IMG/VR virus record: IMGVR_UViG_3300037141_000279
Span: 1-64,000 of that record
DNA length: 64,000 nucleotides
Source of the DNA: a virus
Strand: one strand, 5' to 3'
Part shown: one piece after another, positions 37,715-47,648 of the stretch
Layout of the letters: each line of letters starts with the position of its first letter
Position numbering within the stretch: position 1 is the stretch's first letter
Notes under the pieces: model-generated
What the model saw: only the letters and a program-made list of their open reading frames with translations
Told to the model about the DNA's origin: nothing
Database searches by the model: none
Program-made: the position numbers and the translations under genes

Positions 37715-40399
37715 TTAGAAGCCCGCAACCGCAGGATACGAGCCCCGCGACCACGCGAGTGCAGGAGCCGTGATCGTGCTATTTAAGGCCCCTCCTGAAG
37801 TCGTCCCCGTGCCGCCACCAGGAGCCGCTGCGTTGGTAAACATCAAGTCACGTACTACTGCCGCATCCCCTGATATCCTGATTCCAGGGGTCACCGCGTT
37901 AGATGTGACAGCTACAGCGTACCACCCTGGAACCATGTTCACGGTCACAGGGCCGCCAGCCAGCGGGATTTTCATATCAGTTGCGTTTGTGGGGCAGATG
38001 GTAGTCCCTGGCAGTGCTCCTGTGTGGCAAACCAGCGGCACGTTTGCCGCGCCGTTTAGACACCCTGGACCATAAATGCCGATGTCGTAAAGATTTGAGG
38101 TATTGTCTGACAAGGTACCTTCATGGTAGGTTATATATGATAAAACAGAAACAAAATATGGGAGGTAAAAAGAATAAAGGAACGTGGCGTTTTGCGTGAG
38201 CCCTAGTATGACGTTTGCACTTGAAGTTGACGCCCCAGTGCTGAACGCAGTGGCTCCTGCTGGAAAAAGCGCCGTCGCCAACACGACCGCACCAGTTCCT
38301 GTCACGCCATTTGAGAGATCAGACGCAGCCAACGTCGCGTCCACATAGTCCGTCCCGTTGCCTCGCAGCACATGCCCTGCTGGCGCTGCGCCACCGATCT
38401 GAAACCCTACAGATGTGTTGATCACCCCTGTCACAGACAGCGGCGCGGGCATAGTTATTAAAGTTGCCCCAGGCGTGCCTGCGTGCGCGAAGACGAGCGT
38501 TGCAGTCGGGTTTGTGCCTGCCCCTATCACATCACTAAGAGACCAACTGTCGTAGGCGGACGCAGCGCCGTTCCAATATTGTCCGGTGATCGCTAGATAC
38601 CCAGAACTTTGATTCAAGATGTTGGTCGCGGGGGTTGTCGCTTGAATCGTAATATCCGTAGATGCGAACAACGCAGATGAAGATGTGATATTGCCCGCGT
38701 TAAGCGTTCCGACGAAATTAAATCCACCACCACCACCATACCCAGCATTCGTGAATGTCGTCACCATGCCTGGGTTTGTGCCTGCCGAGACCGTTCGCGT
38801 AATCGTGAACGAAGCATCTGCGCTCGCAGCGCCATTCCAATAAGTCGCCCCGAGTTTGAAAATAGGCGAAGACTGGTTTGCCCCGCTCGTCGCAGCGATC
38901 TTCAAATCAAGCGAGGTATTTCCGACGAAATTTACTTTTCCGCCTGCTGCGTATATGGCATAGTTGTTCGCGCCTGTCCCGAAGTCCTCGATGTACAAAC
39001 CGTAATTGTTCGTGGCGATGCTGTTCGCCTCCGAATAGAACCCATAAAGATTCGTGATAGTCGGAGTCGCTAGGTTATTTGCAAAAGTCAGCGCCTTAAA
39101 AGCGATGGCATTTGTAATGGTCGGAATGCCGACGGTTCCCAAAGTTGATTCTGTCTGACCCCCAGCACGCACTCCGATAAGGTTAGTTATTGAAGTACCC
39201 GCATCGTGCGAAACCCCAACCGCAAAGTGTCCGCCTACTGCGGTATCGGCATGGCTCCCATCCCAAACGGTCGCCTGAACCACAATACCCAATAGGGCGG
39301 CATTGGATGGAATATCGCCAGTCAAATTGCAATGGTCGTAAAGATCAACGTCAAAAAATCCGGCAGAAACAAAAGAATTTGGGTCTGTGACGCTTCGTAA
39401 ACCTGCAGATGCACGAATTCCGACAGTATCGACAACGCTTCCCGTGACATTAGATACAAGGTTCCAACACGCGATAGCCGCGCCAGGGCCATTCTGCGCG
39501 ATGACCTGAAACGCCGGAAGGTCTGTCGTGTCTGCCGTTCTGCTAGGGCTTATCTCGGTGATCTCATTTCTTGCTGTGACACCATATGTGAGAACATTTG
39601 TAACCCAATAAGGATCGATGCTAGAGTTTGGGTCTCCGAAATGCGTACTCGGTGTAATGATTGAAGGACTGGCAACTGTAACTAGCCCAGTGATTTTATT
39701 GTACGTGAATCCCGCGTTGCCGCCGAATGCACCACTGTCGTTGAATTGCACATCTGTGTTCAATCCGCCTGGAGTCGCTGGCGGAACAAGACCTGTGATA
39801 TCCGCTGCGTTAATCGCACGAAACGTCGGCAACGCATCTGATCCACCCGAGCCAGGACCTGCCAAAAAGAAATGAGGATGTTGAGGAAGCAGAGTCGGTG
39901 TCAGCGTTCCAATAGCTGTGACAGGCGCACTCGCTGTCGCGGTGAACAGCACGCCATCCCCTGTAAACGAAACAGAGGTGACCCCCGCAATAAAAGTAGT
40001 CGGGTAAAAAATGATGTTCCCGCCCGTCGTCGCATACGGCACCATCTGCCCGATGTCCACCGTTGTGCCCGTGGCTTCAGGGAACTGCCACCACATTGGA
40101 GATTTGTTGATGCGCGCGCCATTTTGGTCATAGAACGTGACCAAATAATATGTGCCCAATCCGTTCACATTCTGAGGATTCAATTCTGCGTTGCTGTAAA
40201 TTTGGGCAATGGGGTCAGGAGCGTTCGGCAGAATGTCGCCGTTTGCATCAAATTGAAAATACACCTCTAACTCTGCGGGCACAATTCCGTACGGAGCCGC
40301 GATGATCGTCGCATCAACATTGAGTTGAAACGAGATCGACCCGTTCGGCACCGCCAAACTTGAGATGTTCTGTATATGCCCGTTCACTAAAGTGATCAT
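37715..40399 (-). CDS. Tail fibre / receptor-binding protein
   Basis: From MITLVNG (~894 aa); Gly/Thr/Ala-rich fibre motifs (GVTSVS, PGG.NTDVQFND.GAFGG). Confidence 0.75.
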   Translation of the reverse strand: MITLVNGHIQNISSLAVPNGSISFQLNVDATIIAAPYGIVPAELEVYFQFDANGDILPNAPDPIAQIYSNAELNPQNVNGLGTYYLVTFYDQNGARINKSPMWWQFPEATGTTVDIGQMVPYATTGGNIIFYPTTFIAGVTSVSFTGDGVLFTATASAPVTAIGTLTPTLLPQHPHFFLAGPGSGGSDALPTFRAINAADITGLVPPATPGGLNTDVQFNDSGAFGGNAGFTYNKITGLVTVASPSIITPSTHFGDPNSSIDPYWVTNVLTYGVTARNEITEISPSRTADTTDLPAFQVIAQNGPGAAIACWNLVSNVTGSVVDTVGIRASAGLRSVTDPNSFVSAGFFDVDLYDHCNLTGDIPSNAALLGIVVQATVWDGSHADTAVGGHFAVGVSHDAGTSITNLIGVRAGGQTESTLGTVGIPTITNAIAFKALTFANNLATPTITNLYGFYSEANSIATNNYGLYIEDFGTGANNYAIYAAGGKVNFVGNTSLDLKIAATSGANQSSPIFKLGATYWNGAASADASFTITRTVSAGTNPGMVTTFTNAGYGGGGGFNFVGTLNAGNITSSSALFASTDITIQATTPATNILNQSSGYLAITGQYWNGAASAYDSWSLSDVIGAGTNPTATLVFAHAGTPGATLITMPAPLSVTGVINTSVGFQIGGAAPAGHVLRGNGTDYVDATLAASDLSNGVTGTGAVVLATALFPAGATAFSTGASTSSANVILGLTQNATFLYSFYLPYFVSVLSYITYHEGTLSDNTSNLYDIGIYGPGCLNGAANVPLVCHTGALPGTTICPTNATDMKIPLAGGPVTVNMVPGWYAVAVTSNAVTPGIRISGDAAVVRDLMFTNAAAPGGGTGTTSGGALNSTITAPALAWSRGSYPAVAGF

Positions 40400-40407
40400 G
40401 ATTCCTC

Positions 40408-40767
40408 TTATGGCACAAACGGCGTCATCTGTCCGATATCTACTGTGGACCCTGCGACCTGGGAGAACTTCCACAGAAGGGGTGACTTATGAAGCCGAGC
40501 ACCATTTTGGTCGTAAACCACCACCAAATAATACGTCCCCAACCCATTGGCACTTTGCGGATTCAATTCCGCATTGCTGTAAATCTGGGCGGGTTGGATC
40601 AAACTCCCCACACCATCAAACTGAAACGTGACCTCTTGCTGCGCTGGAATCTGTCCATATGGCGCTGCGACGACACGCGCATCCTTGTTCAACTGAAAGC
40701 TGATGCTCCCGTTCGGTTGAAATATACTGCACGGGTTTTGGATGTTCCCATTGATCAGCGTAATCAC
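40408..40767 (-). CDS. Stand-alone paralogue of the tail-fibre N-terminal domain
   Basis: Shares PNGSISFQLN, AAPYG, QIYSNAELNPQ, GLGTYYLV, YDQNGAR, TVDIGQM with the fibre N-terminus. Confidence 0.8.
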   Translation of the reverse strand: MITLINGNIQNPCSIFQPNGSISFQLNKDARVVAAPYGQIPAQQEVTFQFDGVGSLIQPAQIYSNAELNPQSANGLGTYYLVVVYDQNGARLHKSPLLWKFSQVAGSTVDIGQMTPFVP

Positions 40768-40776
40768 ACGGCACCT

Positions 40777-40795
40777 ATCTATGGAACCAAAAGTC
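40777..40795 (-). promoter_or_regulatory. Putative late promoter embedded in the 3' end of a GIY-YIG gene
   Basis: GACTTTTGGTTCCATAGAT; the TAG in the motif is the endonuclease stop codon. Confidence 0.65.
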
Positions 40796-41501
40796 TTATC
40801 TTGGCTTGTCGTGCTTTTTGCGATGCCGACATTTTCGCTTTCGTTTCCTCAGATGCAGGCTTGCGATGAGCATCTGCATTCTTGCGTTTCGATTCTTCGG
40901 AGTGCTGTCGACCAAAAAAGGGATTAGCTTCGCCGACCATCGTGCCTTGGCGAATCTCACTCGCCCGCCTGCGCTGTTCTACAGATTTCTTTTTCCCCAA
41001 ATTCGCTTGCCGCAGTTTTTCAATATGGTCCGCCGATGGATGAAATTGCGGTCCCAATTCCTGACGCATCGCCAACCATTTCGCTGACTGTTTCTTTCCT
41101 TTCATCCCCGCTTGACCGCCCGCGTCATAATATGCTTGCAGGCTTTCACTTCGTTTGCGCCGAGTCTCCTCCGACTGCGGACCTGTGTTCCCTTCGCCGC
41201 CACGACAAATGTTGTATCCCACTTCTGGGTGCTGAGTATTCAACGCTTTAATCAGCCACCGCTCCCAATAGTCGCACTCTTCTCTCGTCTGCAAGTCCGA
41301 AATCAGAGGATGAATACTCCACGCTTCTTTCGAGTGCAGCCGCATGGATGCGAACAAATGCGAGTTACCACCTCGTCCTTGTTTTGCGTCAGATAGTTTC
41401 GTCTGCAAATATTTCTGCAGAGTCTGCCCCTTATGCTGCCCAATGTAAATCTTCAGTGTTTCCGAATTAACGATTGCGTAGATGAACATGATACCCTCCA
41501 C
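40779..41501 (-). CDS. GIY-YIG homing endonuclease with NUMOD3 repeats
   Basis: FIYAI...IYIGQ...GYNICRGGEG...SEETRRKRS, NPFFGRQHSEES. Confidence 0.9.
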   Translation of the reverse strand: MEGIMFIYAIVNSETLKIYIGQHKGQTLQKYLQTKLSDAKQGRGGNSHLFASMRLHSKEAWSIHPLISDLQTREECDYWERWLIKALNTQHPEVGYNICRGGEGNTGPQSEETRRKRSESLQAYYDAGGQAGMKGKKQSAKWLAMRQELGPQFHPSADHIEKLRQANLGKKKSVEQRRRASEIRQGTMVGEANPFFGRQHSEESKRKNADAHRKPASEETKAKMSASQKARQAKIRLLVP

Positions 41502-41520
41502 ACTTATGGTATCATAAGTC
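41502..41520 (-). promoter_or_regulatory. Putative late promoter GACT-N8-CATAAGT
   Basis: GACTTATGATACCATAAGT followed by GGAGG. Confidence 0.65.
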
Positions 41521-41533
41521 TACTTTCCTGTCA

Positions 41534-42934
41534 TTACATCATGAGAGACCGCAGCGGAGTCAACCCTTGTACTGAATCCTCCCTGTCTTCGCTCGCTAAT
41601 GCCGCCATCAAAGCCATTTGGGCTGATTGGGCTTGCGCCTGAGTTTCTGATGCGGTTATTCCGTAGGCAAAACGATGACCCTGCCAAAGCAACATTTCAA
41701 ACAGCACGTAAGACAGATCATCAGGCCATTGAAAAACCGATTGAGGGCTCGTGAACTTCGGCGACTTCGCCTGATACACGACGTTGAATGCGAATGGATA
41801 TGTGCTGACAGGCTGCGACAACCGAAACTTCACTACACCGTTGCCGTAATCAATTTCGCAAGACAGGTTGACCGCGTCTCCTGTCGATTGGTATTCAGGT
41901 GCGAGCCGATGCACAGCGTCAATCGGAGTCACGGGCAGAGGAAAACTCGGGTTGTTGATATCCACAAGGGCTGCCGATTCCACCCACGCCAAATTCCAAA
42001 TTCCTGGTGCACCTGATGCTGCCGCGTGGATCGTCCCACTGTCCGCGCCATTCGTGATGACTACCCCTGTCGGTGTTGTGAACGTCACCGTTGTGGATGT
42101 CGCCGAAAGCAGTGTCACAGTTTTCCCGATCAATCCAGGGTTAATCGCCACGCTCGCGAATGTCATGATGTCGCCCGCCGTCAAGGCGTTTGAAACCTGA
42201 ACTGTCGTCACGCCGCCCGTCGCCGAGATATTCGTGATCGCACCCGACTGCCCTGGCGTCCCCTGCAGCACGATGTGAAAATTATCAGGGATCGCGATCA
42301 AGGTGTAGCTGTCGGTCCACTGGCTGGTCTGAGTCAGTTGATTGTACGTGAACGTGCTGTTGAACGCGGGATTGACGACACCCGCAATAAGAATTTGTGA
42401 AGTGCCGATGTTCCCCACCTGAAACGGATGAGGATCAAGAAATTGAACAGTAAAAGTGCCAGCAACAGGATCAAATACGATACCCGCTGTTTGCCAGTTC
42501 CCTGAAGGACCATAGGAGTTACCCCCATTGAACGGACCGTAGACCACTTTCGCGGCTCCGTTCTGGTACGTCCCTGGGTTCAGGTCAATGCCCGCGCCGC
42601 CTGCTGGCAGTTGTCCGCCAGGAAGCACGCTGTTGATCAGAGCGAAGCAGGACGCACCTGCATGATGAAAATCTTGGAAGCCCATTTGCGTAACAAAAAA
42701 ATGAGGGTTTACTGCAGGGTTGTTGGAACCCATCTGGACCCGATTCCACTTCCATGGCATACGCCTCGTCAAAAGCATCTGTTGCACATTTTCCGAAAGA
42801 CGCGCCATCGGTTGCATATTGATTCCACCAACCGCGAAAAAATTCTGCAATTTTGTATGAATTTTTAGAGCATCAGCCATGGCCTGCATCGTGGTCGTCA
42901 TGTTGACGTTCGGAACCAAATTAAAATTTGCCAT
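41534..42934 (-). CDS. Putative head-tail adaptor with inserted beta-domains
   Basis: Helical termini (PWKWNR; VYQAK.P...WPDD) flank a beta-rich insert; precedes the fibre and tail genes. Confidence 0.55.
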   Translation of the reverse strand: MANFNLVPNVNMTTTMQAMADALKIHTKLQNFFAVGGINMQPMARLSENVQQMLLTRRMPWKWNRVQMGSNNPAVNPHFFVTQMGFQDFHHAGASCFALINSVLPGGQLPAGGAGIDLNPGTYQNGAAKVVYGPFNGGNSYGPSGNWQTAGIVFDPVAGTFTVQFLDPHPFQVGNIGTSQILIAGVVNPAFNSTFTYNQLTQTSQWTDSYTLIAIPDNFHIVLQGTPGQSGAITNISATGGVTTVQVSNALTAGDIMTFASVAINPGLIGKTVTLLSATSTTVTFTTPTGVVITNGADSGTIHAAASGAPGIWNLAWVESAALVDINNPSFPLPVTPIDAVHRLAPEYQSTGDAVNLSCEIDYGNGVVKFRLSQPVSTYPFAFNVVYQAKSPKFTSPQSVFQWPDDLSYVLFEMLLWQGHRFAYGITASETQAQAQSAQMALMAALASEDREDSVQGLTPLRSLMM

Positions 42935-43505
42935 ATCTATCCTCGTGTGCTTTTCTGCGTGCTGCCGACCACGGCTGCCCTCGTTTAGTGGCTGCCATTT
43001 TTTCTACCGACTCCGCTGACATTTTTCGTCCTGTCGCAGAGATACGCAAATTGTTCTTATGCTCTTCCGAAAACTGTAAGCCTTTGCTCCAAGGTACCTG
43101 CCCTTGACTGGAGTGGCGCATTTTTCGTTTCGTTTCGTCCGAATGATGTCGACCTGTCATCCCAAGGGTTTTAGGGTGACCCGACAGCGCCAAACTTATT
43201 TTCTGCTTGGCGGATTCAGAGTGCTGCATCCCTGAAACTCCATCACCACCAGCAGTCAGGTTCCGCAGACAACCTGTGCCTTTATCTTTGCGTCCAAAAA
43301 ATTCAATCAGTGCGACTTCAGACTCAAACGCATCCGCTTCACTATCTTGCGGGAAAATCACAATCCGAGCACTATTTTTTGGAGGATGAATGCGGACATG
43401 AGAAACAAACGCCCGCCGTCCTGTCCCCTTCCCCGCATAATACGGGGTGCCGTCTTCCCGAAGCCAAAGATAAGCGTAAAATCCCATGCCCACATTATAC
43501 CACAA
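42921..43505 (-). CDS. GIY-YIG homing endonuclease with NUMOD3 repeats
   Basis: FYAYLWLREDGTPYYAGKG...NLTAGGDG..HSESAKQKIS; paralogue of 31013-31546; TGnTATAAT then ATG at 43487 (leaderless). Confidence 0.88.
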   Translation of the reverse strand: MWYNVGMGFYAYLWLREDGTPYYAGKGTGRRAFVSHVRIHPPKNSARIVIFPQDSEADAFESEVALIEFFGRKDKGTGCLRNLTAGGDGVSGMQHSESAKQKISLALSGHPKTLGMTGRHHSDETKRKMRHSSQGQVPWSKGLQFSEEHKNNLRISATGRKMSAESVEKMAATKRGQPWSAARRKAHEDRYGKF

Positions 43506-43519
43506 AACCCTAAAATGAC

Positions 43520-43560
43520 GAAAGCCGCCCCGTCAGTGATGACGAGACGGCTTCGCCTGT
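43520..43560 (-). terminator. Probable intrinsic terminator or hairpin
   Basis: GGCGAAGCCGTCTCGTCA-TCAC-TGACGGGGCGGCTTTCGTC-ATTTT. Confidence 0.5.
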
Positions 43561-43633
43561 TCGGAGCATCCAACGAGTTTTTAAGGGTTCGTGTGAGCAG
43601 CACGCCCCATCTCAATTGGAAGATCGGTGATGC

Positions 43634-43948
43634 TTAGATTTTCTTTAATTCGGCTTCGACAAAAGCGACGGCCTTGCCCGCTTCGACTTCGGCTTCGGCC
43701 AACAGCTTCTTGGCTTCGGCTTCCGCCTTCGCCACTTCGGCCTTCAACTTCCCCAGCAGGTGATAGCCAGCCTGGATCGCGCCGTCAACAGCGTTGACAT
43801 TCGCGATGGCTTGCTCTTTCTGCTTGATGAAGTTACCAATTTCTTGCTCAATCAACTGAATCGCCGTCAGGGCTTTCTTCGGGGCCGCAACGGGTGTTTC
43901 CACTACGGGTAGTGCCTGTTGTGAATCGCTCATTTCTATTTCCTCCAA
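43634..43948 (-). CDS. Coiled-coil protein
   Basis: Ala/Glu/Lys heptad pattern. Confidence 0.65.
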   Translation of the reverse strand: MEEIEMSDSQQALPVVETPVAAPKKALTAIQLIEQEIGNFIKQKEQAIANVNAVDGAIQAGYHLLGKLKAEVAKAEAEAKKLLAEAEVEAGKAVAFVEAELKKI

Positions 43949-44036
43949 ACGTAGAGTTTACTTCTGGTACAAAATCGGAGCGGGGGTCATTACGCCCAAC
44001 GGGCGCTCAAAGAATGACCCCGTAGCTCAGAACTTT

Positions 44037-44900
44037 TTACTGATACAGCGGGATGTGGTACGTCGCGCCGTTCACGGACACCACCAAGTACGACGTGGTG
44101 ATTGTGCCGAGCCCAGCACCTGAGTGCTGGAAGAAATGCTGTCCGCCTGCCGCCAAATCCGTCACGTCGAACAAGTTCGTGGCGTTGGCTGTGGCCTGGA
44201 ACAACGAGTTGATAACCGCAGCCGTTGTGTTGGTGACGGTAATCGCGTTGATGTGTGTCGAAGCGGCGATGATGGCTGCCGATGCGGTTGCGCCCATGTC
44301 GATCCACAAACCTTGCAGCGGAGACGTTACAGCAACAGCAGCGGACAGGTCAAGTTGACCCTGCAGAGCTGCCGAGTACTCGCCGTTCGTGGTGGCGAGA
44401 GTGCCGCGCACGATGATCTTGCCCTGCACGCCGTACAGGTAACCCTTGATGATGCTGGTTGCAACAGTCACCGTCGGATCAACGCCCGCAGTGCCTGTTC
44501 CGGCAGTAGCGCCCGTGTAAGTGCCACCAATCGTGATCGCGCCGCGCACCGAAGCGATGCTGGCAGCCGCCGCGTTCGTCGGAGCCCCGAGAGGAAATGG
44601 GTTCGTCTGAATCGAGACGCCCGTTTCATGAGGATAGTTGAACAAAATTTCAGAGTCGATGGGGCGAATGTTCCCAGGAACAAACGCTGCGCCGAAAGCC
44701 GTGTATGCGCCAACACTGAACGGCACATTGGGATGAGACCCAGGAGTGCTGTTAGGTCCAACAACAGAAGCCACGCCGTTTTCGCCGCCTTCATGCGCGA
44801 AGGATGACACGTTTCCGCGTTCGTACAGTACTGCGTCGCGAACATGCAGAGGACGAAAGTTCGCATTGGAATAAATCTGGTTCTGGGTTCCTGTTGACAT
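44037..44900 (-). CDS. Putative virion structural (head fibre/decoration) protein
   Basis: 287 aa Ala/Gly/Thr-rich, ends YLVVSVNGATYHIPLY. Confidence 0.6.
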   Translation of the reverse strand: MSTGTQNQIYSNANFRPLHVRDAVLYERGNVSSFAHEGGENGVASVVGPNSTPGSHPNVPFSVGAYTAFGAAFVPGNIRPIDSEILFNYPHETGVSIQTNPFPLGAPTNAAAASIASVRGAITIGGTYTGATAGTGTAGVDPTVTVATSIIKGYLYGVQGKIIVRGTLATTNGEYSAALQGQLDLSAAVAVTSPLQGLWIDMGATASAAIIAASTHINAITVTNTTAAVINSLFQATANATNLFDVTDLAAGGQHFFQHSGAGLGTITTSYLVVSVNGATYHIPLYQ

Positions 44901-44915
44901 TGCCGTAACCGCCTT

Positions 44916-46127
44916 TTATAGTAAGAACCAATCGTATTCTTGAGCCACGGGGGTTGCAGCCACCAGTGACGAGTTTGCGTACCGCACGCGAATGATCGCG
45001 GCGCGCCCTTGCGAAGTCCATGTGACGCTGCCGTCGATGGTTGTTGCGCCCTTCGCGAAATTGAAAGCCTTGATCCCGATGAAGGTCGAGGCAGTGGTTC
45101 CTGCCACGGTCGCCTTGTAGAGATATCCGTTCAAAACGATGTACGCGGCGGGAGTATAGTCCGCCACAACAGCCTGCGATGTTCCTGGGTACACAGGAGC
45201 GTTGCAATCGCATCCGTCGATGGTGATTCCTGGTGTTTCGGTCACGCCATTCGGTCGGGCAAATTGAACTGACTTCTGAGCCTTCCACTGCGCGCCTGTG
45301 TTCGGAACCACGACGACGTAATCTGCCGTGCCATTTGCGGGCACGATAGGGAGCGGGTTCTGAATGCCAGCAACCAACCCGCCGAGTGGGTTTGTGATGA
45401 CCATTGCCGCTGCGATTGTGACCGCACCGTTGCCGCTGCCGACTGCCAGCGCGCGTCCGACGAGAGTGCCGCCACCCAAAGTGATCGAGGTGACTGCCAA
45501 AATTGTTCCGACCATGTTCGATGTCGCCACCGAGGTGAACGAGGAACCAACCAGCCAGATGACAGTGGTGTTGGCCGCAGTTGCGCCGCCTGAGAACGTG
45601 ACGGACTGACCTGACGCCAAATTGATTGTCGAGGAGCCCTTGAAAATATATACACCTGGGCCATTCAAAACAAGCCCAGCAGAGCAGGTGGCCGCGCCGA
45701 AGGAATAATTCCCTGGCACGACGATGTTGGAACCAGTGAACGCGGTAGATAAATCCAGCGCGCCGCCCAAAGATGTGAAACTCAAAGCCGCATACGCCGT
45801 ATACGCAGCAAGGCCATCGATGCGAGCCTGAGCCGCACCAGCGTTGTCAATGACGTACGGAGGGATGATTTGACCAGCGCCACCGTCAGACTGAAAGATT
45901 CCTGTGATGGACGCAGTCGGGAACGATCCGACGTTGCCGCCGTTAATCGTGGACGAGCCTGTGTTGGTCACGCCGCTGTATGCCAGAAGAGCATACTTGC
46001 CCGCCGCGCCAAGGGCTGCGGGGGATGCGGGGAGAGTGCCGAAGTCGGCGGGGTTCACTTGGAAATATGCCCCAGGCACGTTGGTGCCGCGATAGCTTGA
46101 CGTGTAACCTTTAGACGATGTGGTCAT
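44916..46127 (-). CDS. Structural-block protein containing a DUF3494 ice-binding-like beta-solenoid domain
   Basis: YALLAYSGVTNTGSSTINGGNVG, AAQARID..AAY, PGNY, GVYIFK, GGATAAN.VIWLVGSS, GTILA.TSITL...GRALA; no signal peptide. Confidence 0.85.
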   Translation of the reverse strand: MTTSSKGYTSSYRGTNVPGAYFQVNPADFGTLPASPAALGAAGKYALLAYSGVTNTGSSTINGGNVGSFPTASITGIFQSDGGAGQIIPPYVIDNAGAAQARIDGLAAYTAYAALSFTSLGGALDLSTAFTGSNIVVPGNYSFGAATCSAGLVLNGPGVYIFKGSSTINLASGQSVTFSGGATAANTTVIWLVGSSFTSVATSNMVGTILAVTSITLGGGTLVGRALAVGSGNGAVTIAAAMVITNPLGGLVAGIQNPLPIVPANGTADYVVVVPNTGAQWKAQKSVQFARPNGVTETPGITIDGCDCNAPVYPGTSQAVVADYTPAAYIVLNGYLYKATVAGTTASTFIGIKAFNFAKGATTIDGSVTWTSQGRAAIIRVRYANSSLVAATPVAQEYDWFLL

Positions 46128-46185
46128 GATATTTTTCCTCTAACCATCGGGAACCGATGGGACGCCCGCAAATTTGCTGGGCTTC

Positions 46186-46204
46186 ACTTATGGTTTGGAA
46201 AGTC
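46186..46204 (-). promoter_or_regulatory. Putative late promoter of the DUF3494 gene
   Basis: GACTTTCCAAACCATAAGT, followed by two 5'-UTR hairpins (46144-46182). Confidence 0.65.
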
Positions 46205-46387
46205 AACTTTCTGTTCGGGCCAGTATCCATACATCAGCGCAAACGCTCGGCATGAATAACAAACACCGATGAACTTTTCTTTCTCGGCCTTCAATTCCTT
46301 CTTGCAGTGAGGACAGGTTTTCATAAAATGAAAAACCCCCAGGTGCATCTTGCTCCTGGGGGTCGTCAATGTCAAGTTTTTTTTCGT

Positions 46388-46900
46388 TTAGGCCACAGAT
46401 TCAAGCTGCAGCACGATTCGGTAGTCCTTGTGCGCCTCGACCAAGTACGCCTTGCCGCGAGGATTCTTGTCGTCCATGACACCGATGCGCCATTCGCGCG
46501 GGTGAATCCAGTCATGACAGACCACGCAAATGCCGCGCGGCTGATGATCGGGCTGGTTATGCACGAGATTGATGGAACTGCGCCCGTTCTTGTCCTGGTG
46601 CGGGCACGCGGCGCGCCGTGCGGCGGTGATGCGCGCGATCTCGGCTTCGTCCTGCTTAGATTTCAGGGATTCGCGATCTTCACGCAGGATGCGCGCAAGA
46701 AATTTCGGGTCCGCATCTACGCGGGTTGCTTCACGAAACTTCTCAGGCGTAAACGCCATATCTTTGAAAGCAGGCATGAGACCTGCCAGCAATGCGCCGA
46801 CGGCGTCTTGGACGGCTTTGGCTGTGGTGGTATTGATGATTGCCAGGGCTTCTGGCGATAGTGCACTGCTTCTGTTATTGTCGTGCTCGTTTCCTGCCAT
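46388..46900 (-). CDS. Hypothetical protein with CxH/CxxC zinc motif
   Basis: From MAGNEHD; CPHQD...GICVVCH. Confidence 0.65.
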   Translation of the reverse strand: MAGNEHDNNRSSALSPEALAIINTTTAKAVQDAVGALLAGLMPAFKDMAFTPEKFREATRVDADPKFLARILREDRESLKSKQDEAEIARITAARRAACPHQDKNGRSSINLVHNQPDHQPRGICVVCHDWIHPREWRIGVMDDKNPRGKAYLVEAHKDYRIVLQLESVA

Positions 46901-46940
46901 GATGATGCTCCTCTGAATGCTTGCGTGCTGGATGCCCTTC

Positions 46941-46959
46941 ACTCATGGTTTGATTAGTC
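46941..46959 (-). promoter_or_regulatory. Putative late promoter GACT-N8-CATGAGT
   Basis: GACTAATCAAACCATGAGT. Confidence 0.6.
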
Positions 46960-46976
46960 AGTTTTGTAACAAGATT

Positions 46977-47648
46977 TCAGCAGTCTCCGATGACGTTCGC
47001 CAGATTCCGATGCACGATCCCGTCGCCGCCGTAGCGGAAATCCGCAGTGATTTCGCACCATCGCTGCTCGTTCCACGAATCGTTCGGTTCGCCGAAGTTC
47101 GCGACCACTTGATCCCAGGTCAGCGCACCCTTCATCAGACAGTAAACCAAGACTGTCCGCCAGCCGCGCCGTTCTTCGGTCGGCAGATCGCGGTCATCCA
47201 CGAACGCGTAACTAAACTCTGTGAGCCAGTCCTTCGGCAGACCTGTCAGAAATTGAATGCGCCCGAGCGCGGTTGCGTATAGTCCCCAATCCTCGGGAAA
47301 ATTATACTGGGACTGCACTGCGATATGCGGGTTCAGTTGCTGCAGGCGGTAGATCAAATCTGACGAGTGCATCACCACACCCTTGCGCCGCGAAAAATCC
47401 TTGAACCAAGAATGATCGGATTGGCGGTACATGGTGAGCATCGGCTCAACTTTTTCGGCGATATATCGTTCGCGTGCTTCTTCCCATGGCTCAAAGTCAC
47501 TTGGCTTGGATGTCCGAATGCGCTCCCAGTTTTTCTGAGCGAAGTGTTCCGCCGAAAATAGATCGAGCGGCATCACGCCCCCTTGATCTGCTGAATTAGA
47601 TGCACCCAATTGTTGATCGCCTGAGATTGTTCCCGACCTGCCCCGCAA
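46977..47648 (-). CDS. Hypothetical phage protein
   Basis: 223 aa; RRGWRTVL...FGEP. Confidence 0.65.
   Translation of the reverse strand: MRGRSGTISGDQQLGASNSADQGGVMPLDLFSAEHFAQKNWERIRTSKPSDFEPWEEARERYIAEKVEPMLTMYRQSDHSWFKDFSRRKGVVMHSSDLIYRLQQLNPHIAVQSQYNFPEDWGLYATALGRIQFLTGLPKDWLTEFSYAFVDDRDLPTEERRGWRTVLVYCLMKGALTWDQVVANFGEPNDSWNEQRWCEITADFRYGGDGIVHRNLANVIGDC

Noticed and set aside
37715-40767. Fibre N-terminal duplication as a diversity-generating retroelement TR/VR pair
   Set aside because: No reverse transcriptase in the window, differences are not adenine-specific, and the repeat is N-terminal.
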